From: an uncultured archaeon
GTDB lineage: Archaea; Asgardarchaeota; Lokiarchaeia; Sigyniarchaeales; SOKP01
Direction of reading: 5' to 3'
NCBI GenBank assembly: GCA_964632315.1
Contig: CAZWEM010000005.1
Span: forward strand, 32,001-96,000
DNA: 64,000 nt
Notes under the pieces: model-generated
Database searches by the model: none
Told to the model about the DNA's origin: nothing
What the model saw: the letters and a program-made list of their open reading frames with translations, nothing else
In this document: positions 17,940 to 27,106 of the stretch, one piece after another
How the letters are laid out: every line of letters begins with the position of its first letter
How positions within the stretch are numbered: position 1 is the stretch's first letter
Position numbers and translations under genes: made by a program

Positions 17940-19157
17940 ACGTGTGATACATATATAGTCATGAGTAAGGCAACCAAAAGTGGAAATGTTATTTTTGGAA
18001 AGAATAGTGATAGATTAGGTTCTGAAGCACAATTAATAACTCATGCTCCAAGGCTACATCATTCTAAAGGAGAGGGTCTTAAGTGTACACACATTACTAT
18101 TCCACAAGTAACTGAAACCTATGAGGTGATTCTTAGCCAGCCTTACTGGATGTGGGGTGCAGAAATGGGGGCAAACGAATATGGTGTAGTCATTGGAAAT
18201 GAGGCAATTGCAACTAAAGAACCACTAAACGATATGGGTCTGTTAGGAATGGATCTATTACGATTAGGCCTCGAAAGAGGAAATACAGCGAAAAAGACGT
18301 TGGAGGTTATAATTAATTTATTAGAAACCCATGGACAAGGGGGGAGTCATAATAAGAAAGGTTTGAATTATCACAATTCATATATTATCGCTGACAATAA
18401 AGAAGCTTGCGTGTTAGAAACTGCTGGTGAGTGGTGGATAGTAGAATTTGTGAAGAATTTCCGATCCATATCAAATAACATCTCTATCAGAGGAAAAGGA
18501 GATATGAGAAGAGAAGGAATTATTGAACACGCGATTGAACAAGATTATTGTAAAGATGATGATGATTTTGATTTCAAGATGATTTTTTCACCATCTCCAT
18601 TACCAGAGAAATTTCCTATCGAAAGCAGAGACGGATGTTCATTGAATCAATTGAGATCCTATAGTGGTGAGATTTCCACCGAGCTGATGATGAAATTCTT
18701 AAGAACTCATGAACCTGCTGGAATATGCATACATCAACGAAATAATCAATCTACGGGATCTCAAGTCTCTGAAATATTTGAAGATCCCTCACTATCGATC
18801 CATTGGTTTACTGGAAGTACCATTCCTTGTTTAAGTATCTTTAAACCATATGTATTCCCAATTAAAAATCAAAAAGTAAATGAAGCTAAAATCTATGAAA
18901 ATATTGAACCCGACTGGTTTTGGAGTCGTCATAGCGAATTCGTAAAAAAATACAAGAAAAAACCTACAGCTGAGAACCCAGAAAGACAAGACTATTATCA
19001 ACGACTCAGATCTGAAGAAAAGATCTTAATTGATGAAATCAATGCAATCAAGTCTAAATTAAGCAAGATTTCCTCTGATGATTATAAGTCAAAAATTGAG
19101 ATTGTTAATCAAAAAGCGTGGAATGCATCAGAGTCCTTAATAAACCTTGAAGAGTGA
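17940..19157 (+). CDS. Secernin/C69 family dipeptidase (Ntn hydrolase), probable ACG start
   Basis: In-frame ACG-TGT-GAT-ACA (x-C-D-T) upstream of called ATG; GKNSDR, WMWGAEMGANEYGVVIGNEA, LLGMDLLRLGLER. Confidence 0.85.
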   Translation, partial: TCDTYIVMSKATKSGNVIFGKNSDRLGSEAQLITHAPRLHHSKGEGLKCTHITIPQVTETYEVILSQPYWMWGAEMGANEYGVVIGNEAIATKEPLNDMGLLGMDLLRLGLERGNTAKKTLEVIINLLETHGQGGSHNKKGLNYHNSYIIADNKEACVLETAGEWWIVEFVKNFRSISNNISIRGKGDMRREGIIEHAIEQDYCKDDDDFDFKMIFSPSPLPEKFPIESRDGCSLNQLRSYSGEISTELMMKFLRTHEPAGICIHQRNNQSTGSQVSEIFEDPSLSIHWFTGSTIPCLSIFKPYVFPIKNQKVNEAKIYENIEPDWFWSRHSEFVKKYKKKPTAENPERQDYYQRLRSEEKILIDEINAIKSKLSKISSDDYKSKIEIVNQKAWNASESLINLEE

Positions 19158-19163
19158 TAACCA

Positions 19164-19778
19164 CTGGGAAATGTCTTCAATATTTTAATCACGGGTTATA
19201 CTCATCAAAGTGTTTCAATGCTTGCAAATATTCTCAGAGACTATGGAATGCAATATCCGTTAATACAAAAATCAGTTGGTACTAACTTTACAAAGAAATT
19301 GAAAGATGAGGATATCATTCAGTCAACGATTCGTTATTATATCGAAAATAAGGTATATAAACTTGATAAAGAATATAAAATAAGTGAGCCTTTATCTCCG
19401 TTGATTCCAAAAAAAAATGCTCATTTAGTTATCGGGTTTGATCCGATTCCTGTCTTAGCAAATTTAGATTTTATTTCCGAAAAATCATTTATTATTTTAA
19501 ATGCTAATCTAAAAGGGAAAAAAAATAATAAATCTGTAGGAGAAATTGTTGATCTGCTTGATCAATTAGCAAGAATTACAATTTCGATGGATTTCAATAA
19601 ATTAGCTAATGAAGTATTTGGTAATTTAAATGCGGTGATTTTCATTCTTTTAGGGCTGATTACAAGGGAATTCAAGGAATTAATTAGAAAAAAGTATCTA
19701 CTAAATCTCTTAAGTTCATTTGAAAATGATTTCAAACAGCCTATTGAAGCTTTTGATCTAGGATATTCTTTAGTTTAA
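19164..19778 (+). CDS. Degenerate IorB/2-oxoacid oxidoreductase gamma-like protein, probable CTG start
   Basis: In-frame upstream FNILITGYTHQSV (compare NILIxGVGGQG), STIRY, SPLIPKKNAHLVIGFDP, AFDLGY. Confidence 0.6.
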   Translation: MGNVFNILITGYTHQSVSMLANILRDYGMQYPLIQKSVGTNFTKKLKDEDIIQSTIRYYIENKVYKLDKEYKISEPLSPLIPKKNAHLVIGFDPIPVLANLDFISEKSFIILNANLKGKKNNKSVGEIVDLLDQLARITISMDFNKLANEVFGNLNAVIFILLGLITREFKELIRKKYLLNLLSSFENDFKQPIEAFDLGYSLV

Positions 19779-19792
19779 TTATAATATGAAAA

Positions 19793-21748
19793 TCATTTAT
19801 TTATGAAAAATACTTTAAATGAGGCTAGTTTCCCTTTTTCAATCTTAATTTCTCTATAAGCTCCCGCTAACTTAGGATTATGATAACCTCCTAATCCCAA
19901 AGCAGGAGTTTGAAGGATGTATGGAGAATTATTTTGGATGGTCCTGAAATCTGTATTAATTTCAGAATAGACATCATAAAATACTGCAGCGGGATTCTCA
20001 ATTTTTCTTAAAACGAACGGTGGAGCGTCTAAAACTTTTGTTTTAGATTTTTCTGGATTTTCTAATCTAAACTCCTTAAATTCATGTGTATGACCTGAAA
20101 AGGTGACAAAGCAGTGATCTTTACAAAAATTAATCAATTTTTCCCAATTGGAGGAGATAGTACCATATTTCAGGTTAAATCGTGAATCGATTCTAGATTT
20201 ATGCTTCGTTAATCCAAGAGATTCTTTAAAATACTTAAAATCTCTTGAAAGGCCTCCTGAGACTTTAGCCAAGATAAAACGATCAAAAATACTAATTTTT
20301 TTTTGAGGATTTATAGGAGGACAATGTAAAAACAAGAAAGTATGTTCATTGTCATTAAAAACATTATTAATTAAATATTCTAAGTAGTGAATTTGCTTGT
20401 TGGTTAATCCAGTAGCAGAAGGATGACCACTGATAAAGTCTCTCAGATTTTTAAACGAATCTGGACCACTATTTAAAAGAACAAAATTATACTTTCCCAA
20501 TTTAAAGGTGTAATTTAATTTGAAATTAAATTCTAATAGATATCCATTTAGTGCTAAAAAATTTCTAGTAATAGATCCAATTGGATTTGCTGCGAGTTTA
20601 TCATTTAGAGCAATTGCCTCGTTTAAATTCAGACCTATTTTTTTATAGAGGTTTCCCCATCGAATATCATAATGATATGGACGAAAATCATGATTTCCCG
20701 GGATTGTATAAATCGGACATAATATTTCCTCCCCTCTAATTATCCCCCTTCTTACTTTTTGATGTTTGTTGAGAAGTATGTCCTTTAAAACTTTCCAATT
20801 TGAATTATTATAGTGAAAGTTTGAAAATTCATTAAAATCTGCTGGTAAATTAGATAATGTAGAATAGTCTATCAAATCGCCCGTTAAAACGATGAAATCT
20901 AATTCATTTCGAAGAACTTTTTTATTCATAATTCGTATGAATTTCCTTAAATTATTGTTCGGGTTAATCAAACGCTTACGAAGGGGTTCCATCCTTTCAG
21001 CTTCAGTTTTAGTATCATCTTGATTAAAAAATTTTAATAGTGATTTCTTAATGAATGAAAAACTATCAAGAGAAAATTTTGCAAAGTCTGCAAATGCTTT
21101 CGTTTTAAATCCAGAAAGCCAATTCTTAATGATTTCATATATATTATCATTTCGATCAGCTACATGAAGATCACTTGCTTGTACAAATGAAAAATTTTCC
21201 CATTTATTTTTAGATACCACTACAGAATGAAAATTTATTCTCTCCTTTTCAATTTTTGATTGATGAACTAGATCAAACATCAGAAAATTGTAATCTTTAA
21301 GATACTTTTTAATCTCTTTATTTACGGAAAATTCTAGGAGAAATTGAAAGCAATTACCCGTGAATATTCCTTTTTTTCTATAATGATCTAATTCTATAAA
21401 TTCATCAAAACTAGGATTGAAGTTCTCTATATGAATAACCTTTACCGCAATTGGATCTCCTCTTACAATATTAGTGTGAATTGGAGGATTCATCATTTTT
21501 GGACTTTTCCAGAACTTGAATCTAAACTTTCTTCTTTCTCTTCGTTGTTTCCATTTGCTTTCAAATAGGGGAATTAATTTAATTGAATCTACAAGCAATT
21601 TATTTAGATTATCTAAATTTTCCAAATGACTACACGCAAGTGAAGTAAATCGGAACTCTTCCTTCTTTCTCTCCGAAAAATTTAGAAGAATTGGGCATCC
21701 TAAATTAGGAGCTAAGAAAAATGCTTCTGAATTAAAATCTTCATCCAC
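19793..21748 (-). CDS. Calcineurin-like metallophosphoesterase with large insertions
   Basis: SDLH, TGDLID, PGNHD, LHCPP, SGHTH. Confidence 0.85.
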   Translation of the reverse strand: MDEDFNSEAFFLAPNLGCPILLNFSERKKEEFRFTSLACSHLENLDNLNKLLVDSIKLIPLFESKWKQRRERRKFRFKFWKSPKMMNPPIHTNIVRGDPIAVKVIHIENFNPSFDEFIELDHYRKKGIFTGNCFQFLLEFSVNKEIKKYLKDYNFLMFDLVHQSKIEKERINFHSVVVSKNKWENFSFVQASDLHVADRNDNIYEIIKNWLSGFKTKAFADFAKFSLDSFSFIKKSLLKFFNQDDTKTEAERMEPLRKRLINPNNNLRKFIRIMNKKVLRNELDFIVLTGDLIDYSTLSNLPADFNEFSNFHYNNSNWKVLKDILLNKHQKVRRGIIRGEEILCPIYTIPGNHDFRPYHYDIRWGNLYKKIGLNLNEAIALNDKLAANPIGSITRNFLALNGYLLEFNFKLNYTFKLGKYNFVLLNSGPDSFKNLRDFISGHPSATGLTNKQIHYLEYLINNVFNDNEHTFLFLHCPPINPQKKISIFDRFILAKVSGGLSRDFKYFKESLGLTKHKSRIDSRFNLKYGTISSNWEKLINFCKDHCFVTFSGHTHEFKEFRLENPEKSKTKVLDAPPFVLRKIENPAAVFYDVYSEINTDFRTIQNNSPYILQTPALGLGGYHNPKLAGAYREIKIEKGKLASFKVFFINK

Positions 21749-21919
21749 TTTTAATTCTCAAATTAATGATTTGTCTTTAAATTACAATAATTCGACTTTA
21801 CCTAAATTATGAATGGATTGTTATTAAAAAACGTTAGCTTTTAGATTTCTAGCCAGTTTAAATTTCTAGCCACTAGCTAGTGATTACGAAAATAACGTTG
21901 TCGCCTTTATAGATTTTTA

Positions 21920-22201
21920 CTATTCTTCATTCGCTAGGTTGACGAAAATCACGTTATCACCACGTACAACGATTGATCCGAGATCTTCGTGTTCCTCTCG
22001 AATGTTGCCATCCTCATCTTGATACTCAAATATCTGACTAGTACCTTCTAAGTATAAATTTAAATGTTCATCAAACCCACTAAGGCGTCCTCTAAAAAGT
22101 CTATTCCTCTTAACCTTTATCAAAATAATTCTATTTATGGAATTTTTCAGATAATCTATTGGTCGTTGAGGTCTATTTTGATTCCTTCTCTCCATTTTCA
22201 A
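21920..22201 (-). CDS. Sm/LSm archaeal protein
   Basis: RP..L, GRLSGFDEHLNLYL (Sm1), LGSIVVRGDNV (Sm2). Confidence 0.93.
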   Translation of the reverse strand: MKMERRNQNRPQRPIDYLKNSINRIILIKVKRNRLFRGRLSGFDEHLNLYLEGTSQIFEYQDEDGNIREEHEDLGSIVVRGDNVIFVNLANEE

Positions 22202-22390
22202 TACACAAAAACAATGTCAAAAAAATATAATTATAATATTAAGAATTAAAAGTGAGAATTAAAACCTTTTGTTTTATTGGATTTAGGAAGTTATTAAAGA
22301 ATTTTTTTAAAAAACTAGATATTCCTTTAAATTTTTATGTCATACTAACTTTTAAAGCATATCGTTTATTAGTTTTTAAAAAGAAAAGAA

Positions 22391-22514
22391 AGGCCCGTAG
22401 CGAAGCTTGGATATCGCAGCAGCCTCCTATGCATCTAATCTTAGAGAAAGCTGAAGATCGGGGGTTCAATAAAACATAAAACTCTTATTTTTAGAACACA
22501 TCCCCCCGGGCCTG
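22391..22514 (+). tRNA. tRNA-Arg(CCT) with two introns (37/38: 22430-22448; 58/59: 22470-22499)
   Basis: Spliced sequence AGGCCCGTAGCGAAGCTTGGATATCGCAGCAGCCTCCTA|AGCTGAAGATCGGGGGTTCAA|ATCCCCCCGGGCCTG folds: acceptor AGGCCCG/CGGGCCT, D stem GCGA/TCGC, T stem GGGGG/CCCCC, anticodon CCT at 22426-22428. Confidence 0.9.
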
Positions 22515-22631
22515 CTATTCTTATATACAAGGTGTATCTATTCTAAAAAATCCAATATGTTCACGCATACATGACGAGAACTTATATTCTTGACTACACA
22601 ACTCTATCATAACAATAGTAAGGTGAAAAAG

Positions 22632-24368
22632 ATGCCAAAAAGAATTTTACGAGTAGATATGACAAATCTTGAAGCAAAATTTGAAGATTTTCCGGAAAAA
22701 TATGCTGCGTTTGGAGGGAGAGCTCTTACTTCGAATGTTGTAGTGGATGAAGTAGAGCCTCTTTGTCATCCATTAGGACCGAACAATAAACTAATATTTG
22801 CCCCTGGATTAGTGACTGGCACAAGAGCTCCTTCTTCGGGAAGGATCTCAGTTGGAGCTAAATCACCCCTCACTGGTGGAATAAAGGAGGCAAATGCAGG
22901 TACACCTTTTCCTCAGAAGTTGGCTAGAATGAGAATAGCTGCTATAATTGTCGAGGGAAAGCATTCTGGTGATGACTGGTATTTATTAAAGATTACAATG
23001 GATGGAGCTGAGTTCATGAAGGCAAATAAATGGGCGAACAAGGGACTTTATGATACCTACAAGGAATTATTTAAAGAATTTGGAAATAAAGTAGCTATTA
23101 GTGGAGTAGGAATTGCTGCTGAAATGTTGGGTGCTGCCACAGGTATTTGTTTTAGTGATCCAGAAGGATTACCTAGTCGTTATGCCGGAAGAGGAGGTCT
23201 TGGAGCAGTAATGGCTTCAAAAGGGTTGAAGTTTATTGTAGTAGATGAAACAGGGGCTCCCGGAGTTGAGATTGCAAATGAGGAAGTCTTTAATCAAGGT
23301 ATTAGGAAGCTAAGAGAAGCTTTGACCACTCACGACGTTACGAAGCCTGGAGGAGCTTTGAACTCCTATGGTACGAGTGTGTTGGTTAATATTATAAACG
23401 AGGCAGGAGGTCTACCCCAGCGTAACTTCTCTTCTGGTCAAGATGATAGATCAGAAAAAGTGTCTGGAGAAGTAAAAGCAGACATGATCAAACAACGAGG
23501 TGGTCAACGTCCTCACTTCTGCAATCCTGGGTGTATAATCCAATGTTCAGAAGTATGGTGCAAGCCAGGGGGGAAAGATCCGGTCGGAGTTCTAGAATAC
23601 GAAAGCGTATGGAGTTTGGGACCCAACTGTGGAATCTATAATTTGGATGACATTGGTGAACTAAACCGCCAATGCAATGATTTAGGTCTTGATACAATTG
23701 AGGCTGGTGGATTTTTAGGTGTTGCAATGGAAGGTGGATTAACTGAATTTGGAAATGCGAAAGGTGCAATGAAACTCATGGATGAAATTCGAAAGAAAAC
23801 GCCAACAGGCCGTATTTTGGCTAATGGTACAGCTTTCGTGGGTCAGGCTTTTGGTGTAACTCGAGTTCCAGTTGTTAAGGGACAAAGTATGCCAGCTTAT
23901 GACCCAAGAGCAATTAAAGGAATTGGTGTGACCTATGCCACAACACCTATGGGGGCAGATCACACCGCGGGATATGCTATTGCTACTGAAATTATGGGTG
24001 TAGGCGGAACAGCCGATCCTAGAGATCCAAATAAAGCGGATCTTTCACGGAACCTACAAATTGCCACCGCAGCTGTTGATTCCACGGGATATTGTTTATT
24101 CATTGCCTTCGCAATTTTAGATATCCCATCAGGTCTTGAGGGAGTCGTTGAAAGCCTAAATGGCATTCTAGGAGCAAATTTAACTGTGGATGATGTACCA
24201 GAATATGGAATATCTGTAATCAAGAAAGAACGAGAATTCAACAAAGCTGCTGGTTTAACTAAGGAACACGATCGCATACCCGAATTCATGAGGATTGAAC
24301 AACTTCCACCAACACAAGAAGTTTTTAATGTATCCGAGGAAGATTTAGATAAAGTATGGGGTTCCTAA
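22632..24368 (+). CDS. aor: Tungsten aldehyde:ferredoxin oxidoreductase
   Basis: ILRVDM, KSPLTGGIKEANAG, AGRGGLGAVMASK, CxxGCxxxC, EYE, GLDTI, YDPR; AGGTGA SD before ATG 22632. Confidence 0.92.
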   Translation: MPKRILRVDMTNLEAKFEDFPEKYAAFGGRALTSNVVVDEVEPLCHPLGPNNKLIFAPGLVTGTRAPSSGRISVGAKSPLTGGIKEANAGTPFPQKLARMRIAAIIVEGKHSGDDWYLLKITMDGAEFMKANKWANKGLYDTYKELFKEFGNKVAISGVGIAAEMLGAATGICFSDPEGLPSRYAGRGGLGAVMASKGLKFIVVDETGAPGVEIANEEVFNQGIRKLREALTTHDVTKPGGALNSYGTSVLVNIINEAGGLPQRNFSSGQDDRSEKVSGEVKADMIKQRGGQRPHFCNPGCIIQCSEVWCKPGGKDPVGVLEYESVWSLGPNCGIYNLDDIGELNRQCNDLGLDTIEAGGFLGVAMEGGLTEFGNAKGAMKLMDEIRKKTPTGRILANGTAFVGQAFGVTRVPVVKGQSMPAYDPRAIKGIGVTYATTPMGADHTAGYAIATEIMGVGGTADPRDPNKADLSRNLQIATAAVDSTGYCLFIAFAILDIPSGLEGVVESLNGILGANLTVDDVPEYGISVIKKEREFNKAAGLTKEHDRIPEFMRIEQLPPTQEVFNVSEEDLDKVWGS

Positions 24369-24377
24369 TCTAGAAAC

Positions 24378-24665
24378 ATGACTATTCTGGTTAAATTTTT
24401 CGGAGATTTACGATATCAAATTAAGGATCATGAAGCTGAAGGAATGCTTCCTTTAAACATTAAATTAGAGAGTGATGGAATAGAAACTATTTCAGACATC
24501 CTTGAGAGATTTTCAATTGAGAAAGAAACTACAGGACATATATTCGTGAACGCCAGTTATGCTGGATTTAAGAAAAAAGTTAAGGATGGAGATCGTGTTG
24601 GAATTTTTCCAAGATCTAACATGTCTTTGCTCTATAAATGGTATTTTACAAGAGAAGAAGAATAA
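24378..24665 (+). CDS. MoaD/ThiS-like beta-grasp protein lacking terminal GG
   Basis: VKFFGDLR, IFVN, KDGDRVGIFP; ends RSNMSLLYKWYFTREEE; directly downstream of aor. Confidence 0.8.
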   Translation: MTILVKFFGDLRYQIKDHEAEGMLPLNIKLESDGIETISDILERFSIEKETTGHIFVNASYAGFKKKVKDGDRVGIFPRSNMSLLYKWYFTREEE

Positions 24666-24726
24666 AAATTTTCAAAATTCTTTTTTTAATTTTTTTTACT
24701 TGTATCACGAGATCTAAGATATTTAA

Positions 24727-25305
24727 TTATTTTTCTGATTGTTCCCACTGGTTTTTATTAATTGAATAAATTAAGGTATCCTTATATTCTCCGTCAATGA
24801 ATATATCTCCTTTTAACGTAGCTTCGAGTTTAAATCCATTTTTTTCTGCACATTTTTTCGATCCCATATTAGGAGTAAATATTGTAGCATAGAGTTTGTT
24901 AAGATTAAGTTCCCCAAAAGCAAAGTTCATGACTAATCGAGTACACTCGGTTCCTAAATTTTGATTCCAATATTCAGATTCTCCAATCATCATACCAATA
25001 TATGCTTTTCGATTATACCAATCAATCGAAAATATTCCCGTGTCCCCTATAGGTTTATTATCATTTTTATGCCAAATTTCGAAATCAACGGATGTTGGAA
25101 CACTCCAATCAACAGGAGGTTCTAATTGTTTCTTGATTTGTTCTTCCGTAGCGGGAATAACACCCCTACCATAAACTCGCACGATAGGATTATTTCTCCA
25201 TTTAGTATATAATTTAGCATGATCCTTCTTTAGGGGTGTGAGAAGTACATTTTCACCCTCAATAAAAGTATAAGGTATATCTATTTTTTCTTCATTTTCT
25301 GTCAT
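24727..25305 (-). CDS. RimJ/RimL-type GNAT acetyltransferase
   Basis: FIEGENV.L, YWNQNLGTE, F.ELNL.K, N..S...AEK.GF. Confidence 0.9.
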   Translation of the reverse strand: MTENEEKIDIPYTFIEGENVLLTPLKKDHAKLYTKWRNNPIVRVYGRGVIPATEEQIKKQLEPPVDWSVPTSVDFEIWHKNDNKPIGDTGIFSIDWYNRKAYIGMMIGESEYWNQNLGTECTRLVMNFAFGELNLNKLYATIFTPNMGSKKCAEKNGFKLEATLKGDIFIDGEYKDTLIYSINKNQWEQSEK

Positions 25306-25332
25306 TTAACACCACTTAAACTCTTAAAATGT

Positions 25333-25914
25333 CTACTTTAAATCTTTCGAGAACCAATCTTCTCTCAAAATTCGATATTTTCTTGCATCCACATATCTTC
25401 CATCAACATACATAGATTTTTTTTGTATCCCTTCTAAAATAAATCCGTCTTTTTCTGCGACAGACCAAGAACCTACATTTGGTTCGAAAATACCCGCATA
25501 AATCTTAACGAAATTTAATTCTTTAAATCCATAATTAATTAGAAGATTTGATGCCTCGGTTGCAATTCCCTTATTCCAGTATTTTGGCACCCCAATTGCT
25601 AGAAAAATATTTGCATTTCTATCTATCCATTGTATCCTCCCAAATCCACACGTTCCAATCGGTACGTTGTCTTTTTTATGCCAGATCTCAAAAGTGACCC
25701 AATCGGGAAGGCGATGGTGATCATTTGGTTCATACCATTTCTTTATTTCTTCAGGGGAATGCGGAAGCATGTTACGAGAATACCTTCTGACTTTTGGATC
25801 GTTTATCCATTTAACATATAGATTTAAGTGTTCTAGATTAGTCGGGACTAAATCAACATTCTCACCAATAATAAATGGACAAGGAATTTCTTCTTTCTTA
25901 ACCGGTTCACTCAC
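25333..25914 (-). CDS. RimJ/RimL-type GNAT acetyltransferase
   Basis: YWNKGIATEA, NVGSWSVAEK.GF..EG. Confidence 0.9.
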   Translation of the reverse strand: MSEPVKKEEIPCPFIIGENVDLVPTNLEHLNLYVKWINDPKVRRYSRNMLPHSPEEIKKWYEPNDHHRLPDWVTFEIWHKKDNVPIGTCGFGRIQWIDRNANIFLAIGVPKYWNKGIATEASNLLINYGFKELNFVKIYAGIFEPNVGSWSVAEKDGFILEGIQKKSMYVDGRYVDARKYRILREDWFSKDLK

Positions 25915-26524
25915 TTATTTTCACCTCATCATTTGATAAGAGAAATTTAAATTGCTTTCTTTTTTGTTGCCATTCATCTTTAAACATGGAATATTGGTAT
26001 TCATCAACGTATTCTCCTCTCACGTAAGCTTGTTTCTTTAAAACAATTTCACGTGTCATTCCAACCTTCTCGGCAACGCGCCAAGATCCAACGTTGACAT
26101 GAAACATTGATCCTGTAATTTTAAAAAAACTCAATTCATTAAATCCATAATCTAAAAACAATGCAACAGCTTCAGTCCCGACATCCTTACCCCAATATTC
26201 TTTTTCTCCTATTACTAATCCTATACCAGCAATGGCATTAGCCCATTGTATATGATTAAACGCTATATACCCGATTAGCTTTTGATCTTTTTTATGCCAT
26301 ATATTTAAAAAGATCTCATTAGGAGGATTCGGTTGTTTCTTTTCAAAGAATTTTTTAAATGCTTCTGGGGAGATTGGAATGAAATTACGGCTTACGTGAC
26401 GGAAAGCGGGGTCATTATCCCATTTAGCATATAAATCGATAAACTTGAGATTTGAAGCAACCAAGGAAATATTTTTTCCCTCAATAAAGGGAGCAATCTC
26501 TTTCTCTTCAATCATCTGAATCAT
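25907..26524 (-). CDS. RimJ/RimL-type GNAT acetyltransferase
   Basis: YWGKDVGTEA, NVGSWRVAEKVG. Confidence 0.9.
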   Translation of the reverse strand: MIQMIEEKEIAPFIEGKNISLVASNLKFIDLYAKWDNDPAFRHVSRNFIPISPEAFKKFFEKKQPNPPNEIFLNIWHKKDQKLIGYIAFNHIQWANAIAGIGLVIGEKEYWGKDVGTEAVALFLDYGFNELSFFKITGSMFHVNVGSWRVAEKVGMTREIVLKKQAYVRGEYVDEYQYSMFKDEWQQKRKQFKFLLSNDEVKISE

Positions 26525-26530
26525 CTAATT

Positions 26531-27094
26531 TTATTTATTTAGCCAATCATACTTAAAAAGAGCAAATTTTTCTCGATCGACGAATTTTCCATTTACAAAA
26601 ATCTCTTCTTTAAGCGTGCACTCATAAACGAAGCCTATTTTTTTAGCCACTCTTAATGACCTTTCATTTGGAGTAAATATACTGGTAAATATTTTATGAA
26701 AGTTGAGTTCTTCAAAGCCATACTGTATTACCAATTTTGCTACTTCTTCAGCCAAACCACGACCCCAATATTCAACTTCTCCAATATTTATGAAAAGATT
26801 AGCATTCCTATTGAGCCAGTTGATATGAAGGAAGCCAGTTAATCCTATTGGCTTTTTATCTTTTTTGTGATATATCTCAAATGAAATTTCTTCAGGCATC
26901 CCTTCTCCTGGAGGACCATATTTTTTTTTAATTTCTTCAATTGAACTTGGAAGGGGATTTCTGGCATATAATCGCCCTTCTGGATTATTAATCCAAAGAG
27001 CATATCTTTCAGCATTTTCAACATTAGTAGGGCATAGATCTACTCGTTCTCCTTTAAGGAATGGAGTTATTATTTTTTTATTCTTTTCTTCCAC
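26531..27094 (-). CDS. RimJ/RimL-type GNAT acetyltransferase
   Basis: YWGRGLAEE, NERSLRVAKKIGF. Confidence 0.9.
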   Translation of the reverse strand: MEEKNKKIITPFLKGERVDLCPTNVENAERYALWINNPEGRLYARNPLPSSIEEIKKKYGPPGEGMPEEISFEIYHKKDKKPIGLTGFLHINWLNRNANLFINIGEVEYWGRGLAEEVAKLVIQYGFEELNFHKIFTSIFTPNERSLRVAKKIGFVYECTLKEEIFVNGKFVDREKFALFKYDWLNK

Positions 27095-27106
27095 TATATA
27101 GCACCT

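Noticed and set aside
22252-22479. 75-aa ORF
   Set aside because: Overlaps the intron-containing tRNA-Arg and its promoter; spurious
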